A DNA stretch of 63,726 bases, filler included, from Vannella sp. (lineage: Eukaryota), in the NCBI GenBank assembly GCA_023345925.1. It is 7 parts of 7 records of this genome, joined end to end, with 100 filler letters (N's around TTAATTAATTAA, not from the genome) between each part and the next. Parts side by side here need not be neighbours in the genome. Positions count along the whole stretch, not along the records: positions 23,354 to 41,191 come from JAJQQN010000587.1; positions 41,292 to 55,128 come from JAJQQN010000682.1; 5 more parts are not named here. The stretch is one strand, 5' to 3'. A program made the position numbers and the translations under genes. Each line of letters opens with the position of its first letter. The stretch's first letter is position 1. The notes beneath the pieces are model-generated. The model had not been told where the DNA came from. It saw only the letters and a list, made by a program, of their open reading frames with translations, and did not search any database. Of this stretch, positions 32,676 to 44,368 are shown one piece after another.

Positions 32676-34141
32676 TGAGTGGCTTGTCGAATCAAGACTT
32701 TCGCCGGTTTGTTGCTCCGAATCAACCCAAAGCAGCTGCCCCTGTGGATACAAAGGGACCAGCAGACGTCGGATTGACGTTTTCGCGTCTGTCTACCAAC
32801 CAGAAGCTCAACTCGATGCGCCAAGAGATTAGGACGGTGGAGAACGTCAAAAAGTCGCGCAAAGGCAGCGCCAAGCAGAAGTATGCTCCAAAGGGAGTCA
32901 TTGCTTACTTGCGACACTAACCTACACCCTCTAGAAAGCCTGCGAAAGCTCAAACGGTGCGGACCAAGCCAGAGGAACAAAGCGGGTATCGAGATCGGGC
33001 AAAGGAGCGCCGTGAGGGCAAGTCTGAGGACCTTAACATAGACGAGCTTATAGCAGAGAAGAGTGAACTAGCTGGACCGCTTGCTGCCTTCGCTGAGCCT
33101 GGCGATCTCCCTTTGTAGGCACCAGCCCACATTGCCCACTCGCGATCGTCTCATTCGCCGTAGGAACAAGCAGAGACTTCAAGAGCTTGCAATGGGATAC
33201 TACCCACCTACTTCAGCACCATCTATGGTCCCCAGGGAGGCACCAAAGGCTGCCATTCAGACGAAAGCGGAAGAGGATCTTTCGAATCCGGGTTGGGCAG
33301 TTCTCCAGATGATTGCACGGGTTAGAGCACAGAGAGTTCGTCCAGCTACAGAAGCCTTCTTACCAGGAAGGACTTGCTTTGTCTTCAATGTCGATCCCTT
33401 CAGCCAGGGCCAAAGTCTGCCGACAACTCTGATTCGGAGCAAGGCAGAAGCATTGGATTTTGAGACAGGCGAGGGGCCATTATACCCTCCTAGCCAATCA
33501 GTATCACGTCTAGTCTCTCGGAGTATGAAGGACATGCTCCATTCGCGAGAGCTTCGGGAACAGCGAGTTTCTAGAGCCATCACAGAGATCCTGCCAGCAG
33601 TGGAACAGGAGGAAAGCGATAGTGATGATGATATCTTCGAAGACGCTGATGACTCCACGGACTTGGAAGCCTTCCGGAAGGCGTCCGGACAACCAATTCC
33701 GGCAAATCGAGTTTCGTACTTTCCGACTTCTCTTGCAACGCCTGTTGAACAAGAGATTACTCTTCCCCTAGATATGCTCTCTTCTAAGCAACAGCGAGCC
33801 ATGCTGGAGCTCTCCACCGTCAACTACAATCACATTCCCGAGGACAAAGCGGAACTCTCGATTCTTGAGAAAGAGAAAGCTCGGGAGAAGGAGAGCGATT
33901 GGAACGAGGAGTACTTTGGCAAGAGGTATGTCTTCAGAGAAGCACAGGGTCCCCAAGCTAACAGGGAAGAAGAGAGCGAGCGGAAAGGGGTTACAGCAAG
34001 TTCGCTGACGACTCTGTCTTGTCTGACGAAGAGCCTTTGGATGTAGAAGAGCAAGAAAGCATGGATGAAGACGACATGGAAGACAGCATAGGCCCTGGCC
34101 CCTGCCCAATGCCTGCTCAAAAGCGGCGGCGGTTGGAATGA
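32676..34141 (+). CDS. IK: RED/IK (Smu2)-like spliceosomal protein; spliced
   Basis: LSNQDFRRF, YRDRAKERREG (exon not in the ORF track), FLPGRTCFVF, LPTTLIRSK and DDDIFEDA. Confidence 0.85.
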
Positions 34142-34189
34142 AGCTTTGGAGGAAGAGTGTGAAGAGGGTAATGGTTTAGTGGTGGGAGA

Positions 34190-35032
34190 CTAGTAACGAG
34201 GCAACACTTTAAGCAAGGAAGTGAGACTGGGGAAGGCCTGAGGGCTCTCAGGCTGTTTGGTGATCCGACTGATAGTTTCCTTCTCTCGGCGGGCGATGTC
34301 GTCCAGCTCAGCCTGGTACGCTTCCAACTCATTCTGAGCAATACGTACTTGCATACGAGCCACTGTAACAGTGCCAGGCTCGTCGTCAAGCGCCCACTTG
34401 TGAGGAAGACCGAAGCGCTCGCGATAGCGCTTCTCCTTGTCGATCACTGCGGCAAGGCTCTCCTTAGCCTCCTCTAGCTTCTCCATGGGTAGCTTAGCTA
34501 CGGAACGGTTAACTAGAGTTGCGTTGACCAACTGATCGTGAGTAAAGCGGCGAATACGCTCTGGCAAGGCGCTCTTATCTCGAACACCTTCTTGAATCTC
34601 GAAGATCTCTTTGGGAGAGAACTCGAAGGCCTCCTGCTGGAGTTTGTAGTCAAAGTTAACCTTCTGTGAAAGTCTCTCTTTGTCTGCATCGTCCAATGCG
34701 TACTCTGGGTGGATCTTGAACCAAAGTGCGGAAGGTTCGCGACGAACCCACGAGTGGATGCGCCAGTGCTTGCGCTTACTGTAAGGGCGACTCTTCTGAA
34801 CGAGAACCTCGTCTCCAATATTGCACAACTCGTGCTCATCATGGCACATGTAGAGCGTAGAATGCGTCATGTAGTTTCCATAGATCCTCTGCACCATCCT
34901 GTGGTTCACCTTCACCATCGTGGTCTTCTTCGATGCCGTCCTCACAACAACACCTCGAATAGGACGGTTCCTCGTCACAGGAGCGAACACCTTCCCGGGA
35001 ACGGCGAGGTTGCACAGCTTGCGGACGACCAT
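34190..35032 (-). CDS. Mitochondrial ribosomal protein uS17m with C-terminal extension
   Basis: GVVV...KTTMVKV...YMCHDEHELCNIGDEVLVQKSRPYSKRKHW is the S17 signature. ATG at 35032. Confidence 0.85.
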   Translation of the reverse strand: MVVRKLCNLAVPGKVFAPVTRNRPIRGVVVRTASKKTTMVKVNHRMVQRIYGNYMTHSTLYMCHDEHELCNIGDEVLVQKSRPYSKRKHWRIHSWVRREPSALWFKIHPEYALDDADKERLSQKVNFDYKLQQEAFEFSPKEIFEIQEGVRDKSALPERIRRFTHDQLVNATLVNRSVAKLPMEKLEEAKESLAAVIDKEKRYRERFGLPHKWALDDEPGTVTVARMQVRIAQNELEAYQAELDDIARREKETISRITKQPESPQAFPSLTSLLKVLPRY

Positions 35033-35097
35033 CACCAAGAAATGACCCAAAATTGGTCCCCCGTTCCTCTCCACCCCAACCACTGAATTTCATTCTT

Positions 35098-37288
35098 TTA
35101 TTCCAAAGGAATGAGGGAAAGGCCGTCCAGATCAGCCGTTATCATTTCGCCGCTTCCGAGAATTTGGGCGCTTTCGTAGACGGCGGATTGAAGTACGCGG
35201 TGCTCGAGCACTGTGGGCGGCAATGAAGGGTGTGATTTGGGCCAGAAGTTGTTCTAGATGGAGTGAGTGCTCTGGGGGACGCATCGGGAGGGCGGGGAAT
35301 GAAAGAATGTCAAGTCACCTTTTGATGTTGGAACTTTTTGTGGTAGCGGAGTGTGGCAGCGCAGAACAGGAAGTTACTTATGAAGTTATGAAGGAAGCTG
35401 TCTTGAGCATAAAGAGCAAAGGCGGGATCTGAATCCAAGTCAGTTGAAGGCAAAGAGAGGGAATGAATGTCTCACCTAAATCCTCCCAAGTGGGAAGCAG
35501 TTTGGCCAGTTCCACGTTAAAGTTATCCCTGCAAAGCTTCAGCTGCACGTGTTGCTCAGGAGAGATCGTTCGATGCCCCATCACGAAGCAGAAGGCAGTT
35601 ATTGGGTCGCTCAGGAACAATGTGAAGAGATTCCCGGACTTGGAGGTCTCAAACTCAAGTGGCTGCTCTTTGGGAGACAGGAGACAGATAACCTGCTTTC
35701 CAAATACTGTCGGAAGGTTGTCAAATGCCTCACTGTTGTCGCTATCGACGATTAAGAAAAGATGCTTGCGAGTGTATACCAGCAAGTCTTCCGGATAGAG
35801 GCAATCGGCAGTCATACCAGACTGCTGCTTCTCCGGAGAGCGTCGGGAGTTCAAGGCAACCCCACCACGCTTGCAGAGATCCGTATCAGACACTTTTGGT
35901 GCCGCGGAGACCTGAAGCGGCTGAGGATCTTCTTCATCTCCATCTGGCAAGAAGCCTTCTACCAGAGGGTTGAAGATACCATCGGCAGAGATGTAAAGAA
36001 AGAGGACGTTGTTGTCCTGGAGCTCCTTAAAGGCATTGCCAAGGAAGATAAGGAACTGAGACATGGTTGGGCGGTACAGGAGGTACTTGTGAGGGTTCTT
36101 ACGACCCTTCTTAATGCGTTCACTCTCAGCTGTGCCATCAACAGGCTCCTGACTCTCACTGGGAACCCGTTCGAGTGCTTGCATGATCCGGAACATATCC
36201 AATGTAAGCTCACTGAACTTGACCTGGTGCTGGCAGTTGCCAATGAGGATGGCCTCTTGTACTTTGACGCCACGGAAGTGAATGGCGACCTCAGCACTCA
36301 AATGGGGAAGGCGGCGGGACAAAGATTGTCCAGATTCGCCTTCAATACGCAAGAGGGAGTCCGCCTGGAGGAATTGTGACACCTCCTGAAGTACGAACTG
36401 CCATTCTTGAGTGTCTCCAGGGCGGAAGGTCTTGATGTACGTCTCTACGTGCTGGGTAAGCTCCAAGGCCAGAGTTTCTACCATCTACAATGATTGTTAG
36501 CCCTCCCTTGGGTTGTTTCATGACCTCCTGTTACCTGTTTCTTGTTCAGGAGTAGACAGACCACGATGAATCGGGCGTAGTAGCGCAAAGTCTTCACCAC
36601 CGGCGCCGAACTGACAAGATCGCGTCAGTCTTGCACACAAGTGAAGCTATGGTTTGCTAGGAACTTACCTCTTTGAGTCCCAAACGTCCTTAAAGTACCC
36701 ACGCGTGCGGATCGCCTCGTAGAAGACGCAGGACTCGTGAAGATAGTTGGGTTCACTCGTTCGGAGGCTGTAAAGAGGAAGAGCCCACCGTGGTTAGTAC
36801 GGCGTACATGAAGGGCAAAGGGGAGACGAGTGGACGTACTAGTAGTGGTAGTAAAGCTGTCCAATCTTTGATGCGATCTCCCCAATGTCGTGGCGCTTGA
36901 AAGAGAAGCGCTCCTTGTCCTTGGTGTTCTCTAGAACACTACGGTGGATCTGTTGGAACTTCCACAGCTATCAGGAGGACGGTCAGCAGGTGTGGGAGGG
37001 GAAAGGAGCTTCTTGAAGGGGTGTCGAGGCCACTCACCTTCGTGTAGACCTCAAAAGTACGTTGAAAGTACGGTTGCCATTGCTTCCCGAACTGTGGCAC
37101 ATCACTGCACACCCAGAGGTCGTAGGAAGCGCAAAAACGCAACCAAGAGACCTCCCACGTCAGAACAGAACTCCACCAGCTCCCCTCCACTTCCCAACTT
37201 ACCGCAGTCCCGAGAAGAGCTGCTGCGAACGGTCCAGCATTGCTGTGAACTCCTCCACGATGCGCTGATCGTTGTCTGGCGGCGGCAT
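35098..37288 (-). CDS. SCAI: Protein SCAI homolog (DUF3550); spliced
   Basis: LDRSQQLFSGLR, PQFGKQWQPYFQRTFEVYTK, QVKFSELTLDMFRIMQALE, NPHKYLLYRPT and GNLFTLFL. Confidence 0.93.
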
Positions 37289-37489
37289 CGAAAGAATGCC
37301 TCTGGAGAGGCCAATTTCCTTCCAATTGCAAATAAATTATTAATTTCTTTGACCCAAATACCACGAGAGTTGGCTACCGCCCTCGAAAGACGTTTCTGTG
37401 GAGGATACTGTTTTCTCCCCTTTGGACTTGGGAGATCTTCCTGAAGACCCTACCCTGGGTTTGGCTTTGTAGGGAGACTCTTTTGGAGG

Positions 37490-38122
37490 GTGGGTGACTT
37501 TCATAGCTACGCTTGGACCTCGCCAAGCTCTGATGAGTTCATTCTATTCCTCTCAAGTAGCCCTTGGGCCAACGGCTTGCTTGCCGGAAAGCGGCCTATC
37601 AATCTGTGTATCAGCCACTTCCAGTACAAGGGTGATGTCGCTTGTATGGGACAGCTGGCTCGGCTTGAATCAAAGATTCCTGAAGACCTTCAATTGCCCA
37701 TCTCTGTGGAGGACAGTATTATGGAAGACATTGACACTCCTAATCGGGCAATCAGACTGAAAGGCATTCTCGAGATCTGCATTCAGTCCCTTGTGTCGAT
37801 TGGCTCCTCTGCCACGTCCGGTCATATCTTGCTCTCACGTTATGTGATTGAAACTCTTCATCTCAATGCTCAAGAATGGGAAGAAGTCTCTTCTTCTGCT
37901 ATCCGCCAGCAAATCTATTTGACCCACATCCAAGCGCTCTATCTCCTCTTGGAGTCACTTATGAATGGAAATTCGATGGATGAAGTGCTGCCCCAGTATC
38001 GTGAGCCAATTTCTGAGGAAACTGAGATCTTCTTCCGCGCAGCAGCCACAAAGATGAACATTCGGATGCTCATGAATGAACTGCGCAAGTTCATGATTGG
38101 CCAACTCTGCACCGCCAAAGAT
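37490..38122 (+). pseudogene. C-terminal fragment of an RNF213/mysterin-like protein
   Basis: GKRPINL...LEICIQSL...LTHIQALYLLL...EVLPQYREPIS...LMNELRKFMIGQL follows my recollection of the RNF213 extreme C-terminus. No room upstream for the rest of the giant protein. Confidence 0.6.
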
Positions 38123-38220
38123 AGAGAGACTGAAGACTTGAAACAGTTGGATAAGCTCTTGGCCTTACCACAAAGAGAGACTGAAGACTTGAAACAGTTG
38201 GATAAGCTCTTGGCCTTACC
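38123..38220 (+). repeat. Tandem duplication, 51-bp period, two copies
   Basis: agagagactgaagacttgaaacagttggataagctcttggccttacc at 38123-38169 and 38174-38220, identical. Confidence 0.95.
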
Positions 38221-38370
38221 GTAAAGCAGATCCCTTTGCGAGTGGCCTGCTCGAGAGGACTTGCGGAGGCTGTTGAGGTTCTCCTCAGGTGTCTGTGCAA
38301 GAGCAGGTCAGCATTAAAGTGAGGCTACTTGCTCTCCTTCTTGTCCTCCTGACACATGCCAGGGCGTGGG

Positions 38371-39120
38371 ATGGGGAGGGATGCTCTTGAAGGTGAGGTC
38401 AAAAGAGCTTCGTACGGGCCCTCACCTTCAGAGAAGAAGCACGCCGTACATGAGGCTGCAGAGAGTGGCTCTTTGGCCACCATGAAGACCTTGCTGAACA
38501 AGGGAGGCGCTGAGCAGCTCACTCTCTTGGTGAGTCTTCACTGTAGCGAGGCAGCACGGCCGCCATCCAAAGAGAGAAAGAGCGTCTCTGGAATCTCACT
38601 CCTCCCATTCTCCAGGATGGTCAGAAAGAGTACCCCATCCACTTTGCAATCACGAGCGGAAACCATGAACTGGTGAAGATGCTCGCCCCGCTTACTCCTG
38701 AATGCGCATTCACCGACAAGGTTTGTCAGGGTTCGGAGAAGTGATGCGTTGCGTTGTGTTGACTGTTTGGGCAGGCTTTGGATCAGGTAATTCGCTTTCG
38801 TGACAGGCTTGGAGTATTGATAAGCTTTTCAGTATCTCATTCATCTCGTGGCTGCGTGTGGAACTCCTGACATGGTTCCTGTTATCTTGGAAAAAGGTGG
38901 AGTCGACCAATTGCGACTGGATGTAAGAATCTCCTCCAGAAAACCCTCTCTGACTCGTAAATAGATCAACAGAATGCTGCCCATCCACGTTGCTGCAAAG
39001 AAAAGCGACCATCCAGACATTCTCTTTGAGCTTCTTCGCATCGACCCTTCCTTTCACCTCTCTGCAAGAGTATGTGCCTCTTTCTCTCCTCAAAGAAGCC
39101 ACCTATTCACTCTAGATTGA
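38371..39120 (+). CDS. Short ankyrin-repeat gene (about 4 repeats); spliced, possibly truncated
   Basis: Exons HAVHEAAESGSLATMKTLL, YPIHFAITSGNHELVKML, LIHLVAACGTPDMV and LPIHVAAKK separated by GT-AG introns. Confidence 0.7.
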
Positions 39121-39183
39121 GGCGAACGGAAAGGATTTTCGATTGTTTTCTGAGAAAGGTCAAGAATTAGTTCATTTTTCTTC

Positions 39184-39951
39184 ATGCAAGCTGTGATCAT
39201 CATCCTGACTATCGCTGCTGCGATGAGTGTGAGCCTTGGGCAAGCTCCGAGACTGGCCCTTCCACTTGTATTAGACATTCCTTACCTTGTGAATCGATTC
39301 CCCGTGGATGACGTCCTTCTCAGTGACCTTGATTGGAAGAACCTTCCTGAAGAACTCCTTGAGCGCAACCTTAAGGATGTGAAACCAGGAGAAACACCTC
39401 TCTTCTCCATCACACCTTCGAAAAGACTTCTTGCACTCTTGAAAGTCACCTCAACGAAGTACTCCCAAGTCTCGAAGACCCGCGAAGTGGTGGAGAAATG
39501 GGTTGTGTTTCTGGTGGATACAGGCTCTCCAGCTACCTTCTTTAATGATGCAACTTACACGGCCATGCAGTTTGGTGGTGAAAACGCCGCGGTTGGCAAC
39601 GTTGCAGGAGTCCTCTTTCCGCGCCCACAACGATCAACTAACCACTTCAAAGACATCAACCTCTTGGGCACTGATGTGCTCGAGAAGGGAACTCTGATAG
39701 TTGATTATCCCGTTGGAAACTTCACGTGGGAGACAGGCTTCATTCAATCGATATCAGACAAGCACAACGCAACCACTCAATCGATATCAGACAAGTACAA
39801 CGCAACCATTCAATCGATATCAGACAAGCACAACGCAACCATTCAATCGATATCAGACAAGCACAACGCAACCATTCAATCGTACGAGTCATTGTTGCTG
39901 GCAGCTGTGGTAATCATCCTTGGCCAATTCGCAATAATCATGAGAAAATAA
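39184..39951 (+). CDS. Retropepsin-like (clan AA) aspartic protease with signal peptide, repeat stalk and C-terminal TM
   Basis: FLVDTGSPATF catalytic motif and NLLGTDVL; hydrophobic N- and C-termini. Confidence 0.75.
   Translation: MQAVIIILTIAAAMSVSLGQAPRLALPLVLDIPYLVNRFPVDDVLLSDLDWKNLPEELLERNLKDVKPGETPLFSITPSKRLLALLKVTSTKYSQVSKTREVVEKWVVFLVDTGSPATFFNDATYTAMQFGGENAAVGNVAGVLFPRPQRSTNHFKDINLLGTDVLEKGTLIVDYPVGNFTWETGFIQSISDKHNATTQSISDKYNATIQSISDKHNATIQSISDKHNATIQSYESLLLAAVVIILGQFAIIMRK
39742..39880 (+). repeat. 33-bp coding tandem repeat (IQSISDKHNAT x4)
   Basis: attcaatcgatatcagacaagcacaacgcaacc repeated four times plus a partial fifth copy; near-identical. Confidence 0.95.
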
Positions 39952-40673
39952 AACCGAAGCTTCTCAGAAGAGAGTTCGGACACGGCCCACATGGAGAACC
40001 ACGATTTAGGGTGAAATGGAGGAGCTTGCCTGGGTCTCGAGTGGAGACAGTGGCTCCACGAACGGATTTACAAAACAGTTGGGATCAGTTCTATCGGAAG
40101 ACAAAGCAGGACTCGAATCGCTTGTGGTACGATTTGCAACTAAACAGGGTTGCAAGAGAATCTCCTTCAGAATGGGCTTGGTACGTGACCAGGGAATAAA
40201 AGTTCAGTACGTGGTTATGGGTTGCGGCTCATCGAACACAAGTGCGCAATGTACCAGTTAAACCTTTCCCCACTCCCTCAACCTAGGTAGACTATTCACC
40301 AAGACTGCTGAGAGTTTGAGCTTAGAAGCCGATGGTGATGATCTTCATGAGAGAGAGGGACAAAGAGGCATCCCAAGAATGCTCATAAGGAACTCCTCTA
40401 TCCAAAACACGAGAACATTCGGAATACTAACTCACTCAACATTGCTTTCGAATGATTTCTTCGCGCTCTGTCGTCATGACTTGGTCAGAAACCTCAGAAC
40501 AACACAGTTCGGTCCAAAATATGGAGATACAGTGAGATAGGATCATTCTTTGGGAAGGAGAAGAAGTTATTGTGCTCTTCAACAAAATGTCTCTGAACTG
40601 AAACTGTCTCAAAAGCATTCAAACAGAGTGGGGACTAGAAATGGTAGATAAATGAGATACGGATTCTCTTTGG

Positions 40674-41191
40674 TTATTGAGTTTGGATGGAAGGAATGAA
40701 TCCAGCTTCGACCAGCTCTTCTTGGAGCTCTGACACGTTGAATTCACCCTTAATCGTCACTAACTCTTCCTCCTCATTGATGTCGATATCATCGAGGTTC
40801 TACAAACCTCGCATGAGCAAACAGGAAGGAGCAGAAGGAAGGGAATCTTTACGAACCGTCACAGAATGGATGATTTTGCGGACTTGCACCACACAGCGCT
40901 CACAATGCATTCCTTTAACTCTTATAATCACTCCAGGCTGCTTAGAAGTCTACCCAATCCTCTCTGTATGAGTCAATGGCTCTCTTGGCCTCTCCTTTTC
41001 AGTACCTGGGCGACACTCTCGTGGTTGGCAGCTCTCTTAATGTCTGTGATCCACTTATCCATCAGATCCTTATCGTCTGCGAAGAGGTTGTAAACGCGCT
41101 CTTCCGTAATCAGCTCAAAAGCGTTGGGGCGACCGATCTTGCGCGAAGCTGGATGAACGTTGCACAGGGAGTCCAGTTTGATGACTCCTGC
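40674..41191 (-). CDS. PH domain followed by a heavy-metal-associated (HMA) domain; spliced, 5' truncated
   Basis: Not in the ORF track. AGVIKL...RPNAFELITEERVYNLFADDKDLMDKWITDI (PH), then IRVKGMHCERCVVQVRKII|NLDDIDINEEEELVTIKG...LVEAGF (HMA). Confidence 0.75.
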
Positions 41192-41291
41192 NNNNNNNNN
41201 NNNNNNNNNNNNNNNNNNNNNNNNNNNNNNNNNNNTTAATTAATTAANNNNNNNNNNNNNNNNNNNNNNNNNNNNNNNNNNNNNNNNNNNN
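41192..41291. other. Artificial contig linker
   Basis: N44-TTAATTAATTAA-N44. Confidence 0.98.
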
Positions 41292-41868
41292 GTGAATGAG
41301 ACGTCTCATAAACTAGTGTTGACTTGACCAAGCACCCAAAAGATGAGTTATTCATGGCCGTCTGGCAGTCAATGAAGAGGTTGTTGAAACCGGTTGCTGT
41401 CCTCTTCGATAGGCCCTCAAAGGAGGCCAAAGCCATCAATCCTCTACTACGTTTAGTTTGCAGAGGTCTCTACCGGACTGCGGTCAAGTTTGCAAGCCCA
41501 ATGAAGAAGGAAAGGGACTCTGAGCATTATCGAAGCGACCCTCGCTGGTTCCTTGCGCCTGGACAAGTACCCAAAGTCACATTTGGCTTTGTACTGCGAG
41601 AATACTATCTTCAGGCACTCCCTGCTCCCTTCACAGCGACCCTCCATAGTGGACATGATCGAGGACGCCACAGGAGTGATTAACATTATGAGCGATCAAT
41701 TTAATTTATGACTCTCTGAATCACCAAAGGATAACAATGGTCAAGAGTCTTCCCAAGGCCCCCTTGAAAGAAGAAAAAGGTCATAAATGGGGCATTATGA
41801 AGTGATTATGGTGGTCTTATGCCCTGCAAGTCGGTCATTCATTTCTAAGGAGCACCGAAAGCGAGCCC

Positions 41869-44067
41869 ATGCTCCGCACACTTGCTACTGTAAGGCCCTC
41901 TACACAATGCGAGTTTTTGCCTAACCATGTGTTCATAGACATTCTCTCGACAAGCTGAGCTCTTCGCGGTTCGTTAACTGGGGAAAATGAGAGAGCGGTC
42001 TGACAATGAGTAGAGACCAGCAGCCTCCTTCCACGCATCCCACCCTGTCCACAAGATTGTCTCTCGCTCACAACCTGATCTTGGTGCGTCACAGGTGAGC
42101 AAAGCTGGATTCCTCACTTCTCATGACTTAGCGTTCCCCAGAGCCCGATCGCAACGGGGTCCATCCCAGTGATTGACCACACCTACGATGCCATTGTCGT
42201 TGGTGCTGGTGGTGCCGGTCTTCGAGCAGCTTTGGGTCTCACAGAGAAGGGCTTCAAGACTGCTTGCATTACCAAACTGTTCCCCACTCGCTCTCATACT
42301 GTTGCGGCTCAGGGAGGCATCAATGCAGCTCTCGGTAACATGTCTGTGGATGACTGGAACTGGCACGCCTACGACACAGTCAAGGGAAGTGATTGGCTTG
42401 GTGACGAGGACGCTATCCACTACATGTGCCGCGAGGCCATCGACACAGTGATCGAGTTGGAGCACTACGGTGTTCCTTTCTCTCGCACTCCAGAGGGAAA
42501 GATCTATCAACGTGCCTTTGGCGGTCAATCCCTCAATTACGGAAAGGGTACGTTCTCCCCTGTCCTCCTCTGCCATAAAGTACTCACGCTATGGCAAAAG
42601 GAGGACAAGCTGTCCGCTGCTGTGCTGCTGCTGATCGCACAGGCCACGCCCTACTCCACACACTGTATGGACAATCACTCCGATACGACTGCAAGTTCTT
42701 CATTGAGTACTTTGCTCTTGACTTGATCATGGAGGACGGCGAATGCCGAGGCATCATCGCTCTGTGCCTCGAGGACGGCTCCCTTCATCGCTTCCGCGCT
42801 CACCAAACAATCCTGGCAACTGGTGTATGTACATGCAGCCTGCAACGCTTTCTTCTAACACGAAAGTAGGGTTATGGACGCGCTTGGTACTCTTGCACTT
42901 CGGCGCACACTTGCACAGGGGATGGTAACGCCATGGTTGCCCGCGCTGGTCTCCCTGGCCAAGATCTCGAGTTTGTTCAGTTCCACCCAACTGGCATCTA
43001 CGGTGCAGGCTGCCTTATCACGGAAGGCTCTCGAGGAGAAGGTGGCATCTTGCTGAACAGCGAAGGAGAGCGCTTCATGGAGCGATATGCGCCATCTGCC
43101 AAGGATCTGGCTTCTCGCGACGTAGTGTCTCGCTCTATGACCATCGAGATCATGGAAGGACGCGGTGTTGGCCCAAAGAAGGACCACATCTACCTCCAAC
43201 TCCACCACTTGAAGCCTGAATTACTCCAAGAGCGCTTGCCTGGTATCTCCGAAACTGCCCGCATCTTCGCAGGCGTGGATGTCACTCAACAACCCATCCC
43301 TGTCATCCCCACCGTCCACTACAACATGGGAGGAATCCCCACTAACTTCCACGGAGAAGTCATCGGTGTGGACAAGGAAGGCAACGACTTTGTCGTCAAA
43401 GGCTTGATGGCAGCTGGAGAGGCCGCTTGCGTGTCGGTCCATGGAGCCAACCGTTTGGGAGCCAACTCTCTGTTAGACATTGTCGTCTTTGGTCGCGCCT
43501 GCGCCAACCGAGTGGAAGCTACTTTGAAGAAGGATACTCCTCACCGTCCCCTTCCAGAGGGAGCTGGTGCAGAGAGTGTCGCCAACATCCACAACTTGCT
43601 TGGCAACAGTAAGTTAATCGGTCTCGATAACGCTGGTCTAACCATGAGCAGGCGGTGACATCTGGACGGCAGAACTGCGCTCTTCTATGCAAGACATCAT
43701 GCAGAAGCACGCTGCAGTGTTCCGCACTGGCGAGGTCATGCGAGAAGGTATCCAGCAGCTGAAGGCTGTCCATGCCGACATGCCACGCATCAAGATCGTT
43801 GACACCCAAGACCTTGTCTTCAACACCGACCTTATCGAAGCGTTGGAGTTCCAGAACTTAATGACACAAGCCACACAGACTATCGTCTCCGCTGAAGCTC
43901 GGACAGAGAGCCGAGGCGCCCACGCTCGTGACGACTTCGAAGAGCGAGATGACGTCAACTTTATGGCTCACACTGCCTCGTGGTACAACTCAGAAACAGG
44001 CGAGGTCGAGCTGAAGTACCGCCCCGTTGAATTCAAAGTGTTCCCTCCTGGCAAGCGCGTCTACTAG
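41869..44067 (+). CDS. SDHA: Succinate dehydrogenase flavoprotein subunit; spliced
   Basis: [55 protein letters not shown]. Presequence begins MLRTLAT. Confidence 0.98.
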
Positions 44068-44368
44068 AAGTCTGTTCCTCAGTCTTCCAACCTTCTCCAT
44101 CCCTTTCTCAACCGATCCAATACACGAACCCACTTAACTCTCCCACACCCTCACGAGCGATCTTCTGCCTGACCGGGTACGACGGCAATCTCCTGGTAAA
44201 ACTAAACAATAGGAAAGCCCATTGTTAATGAAATAATTTCTAAAAGAGCGCCAAAGGGCGTTTTTCTAACCAGTCATTTGCGGGCCCTCTGCACGAGCTT
44301 GTGAGGCAGGTCTGGTAGCGGCGCTTGTACTTTCCGTCATTCGTTACCCTTTCCTCCTCTCTCGATTG

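Noticed and set aside
32480..32980. ORF ending PRLKSASKF through the MITE repeat, resembling the KSAR tail
   Set aside because: It is antisense to RED/IK, and other copies of the repeat do not preserve this reading frame.
39742..39880. 33-bp repeats as a CRISPR array
   Set aside because: Head-to-tail repeats with no unique spacers, in frame within a CDS, and no cas genes in a eukaryotic context.
39960..40199. Chromodomain-like RFRVKW next to the aspartic protease, suggesting a chromovirus remnant
   Set aside because: The match is too short, and no RT, RNase H, integrase or LTRs are visible.
41292..41700. 119-aa ORF at the contig start
   Set aside because: No recognisable motif and no ATG-supported start; cannot be called.
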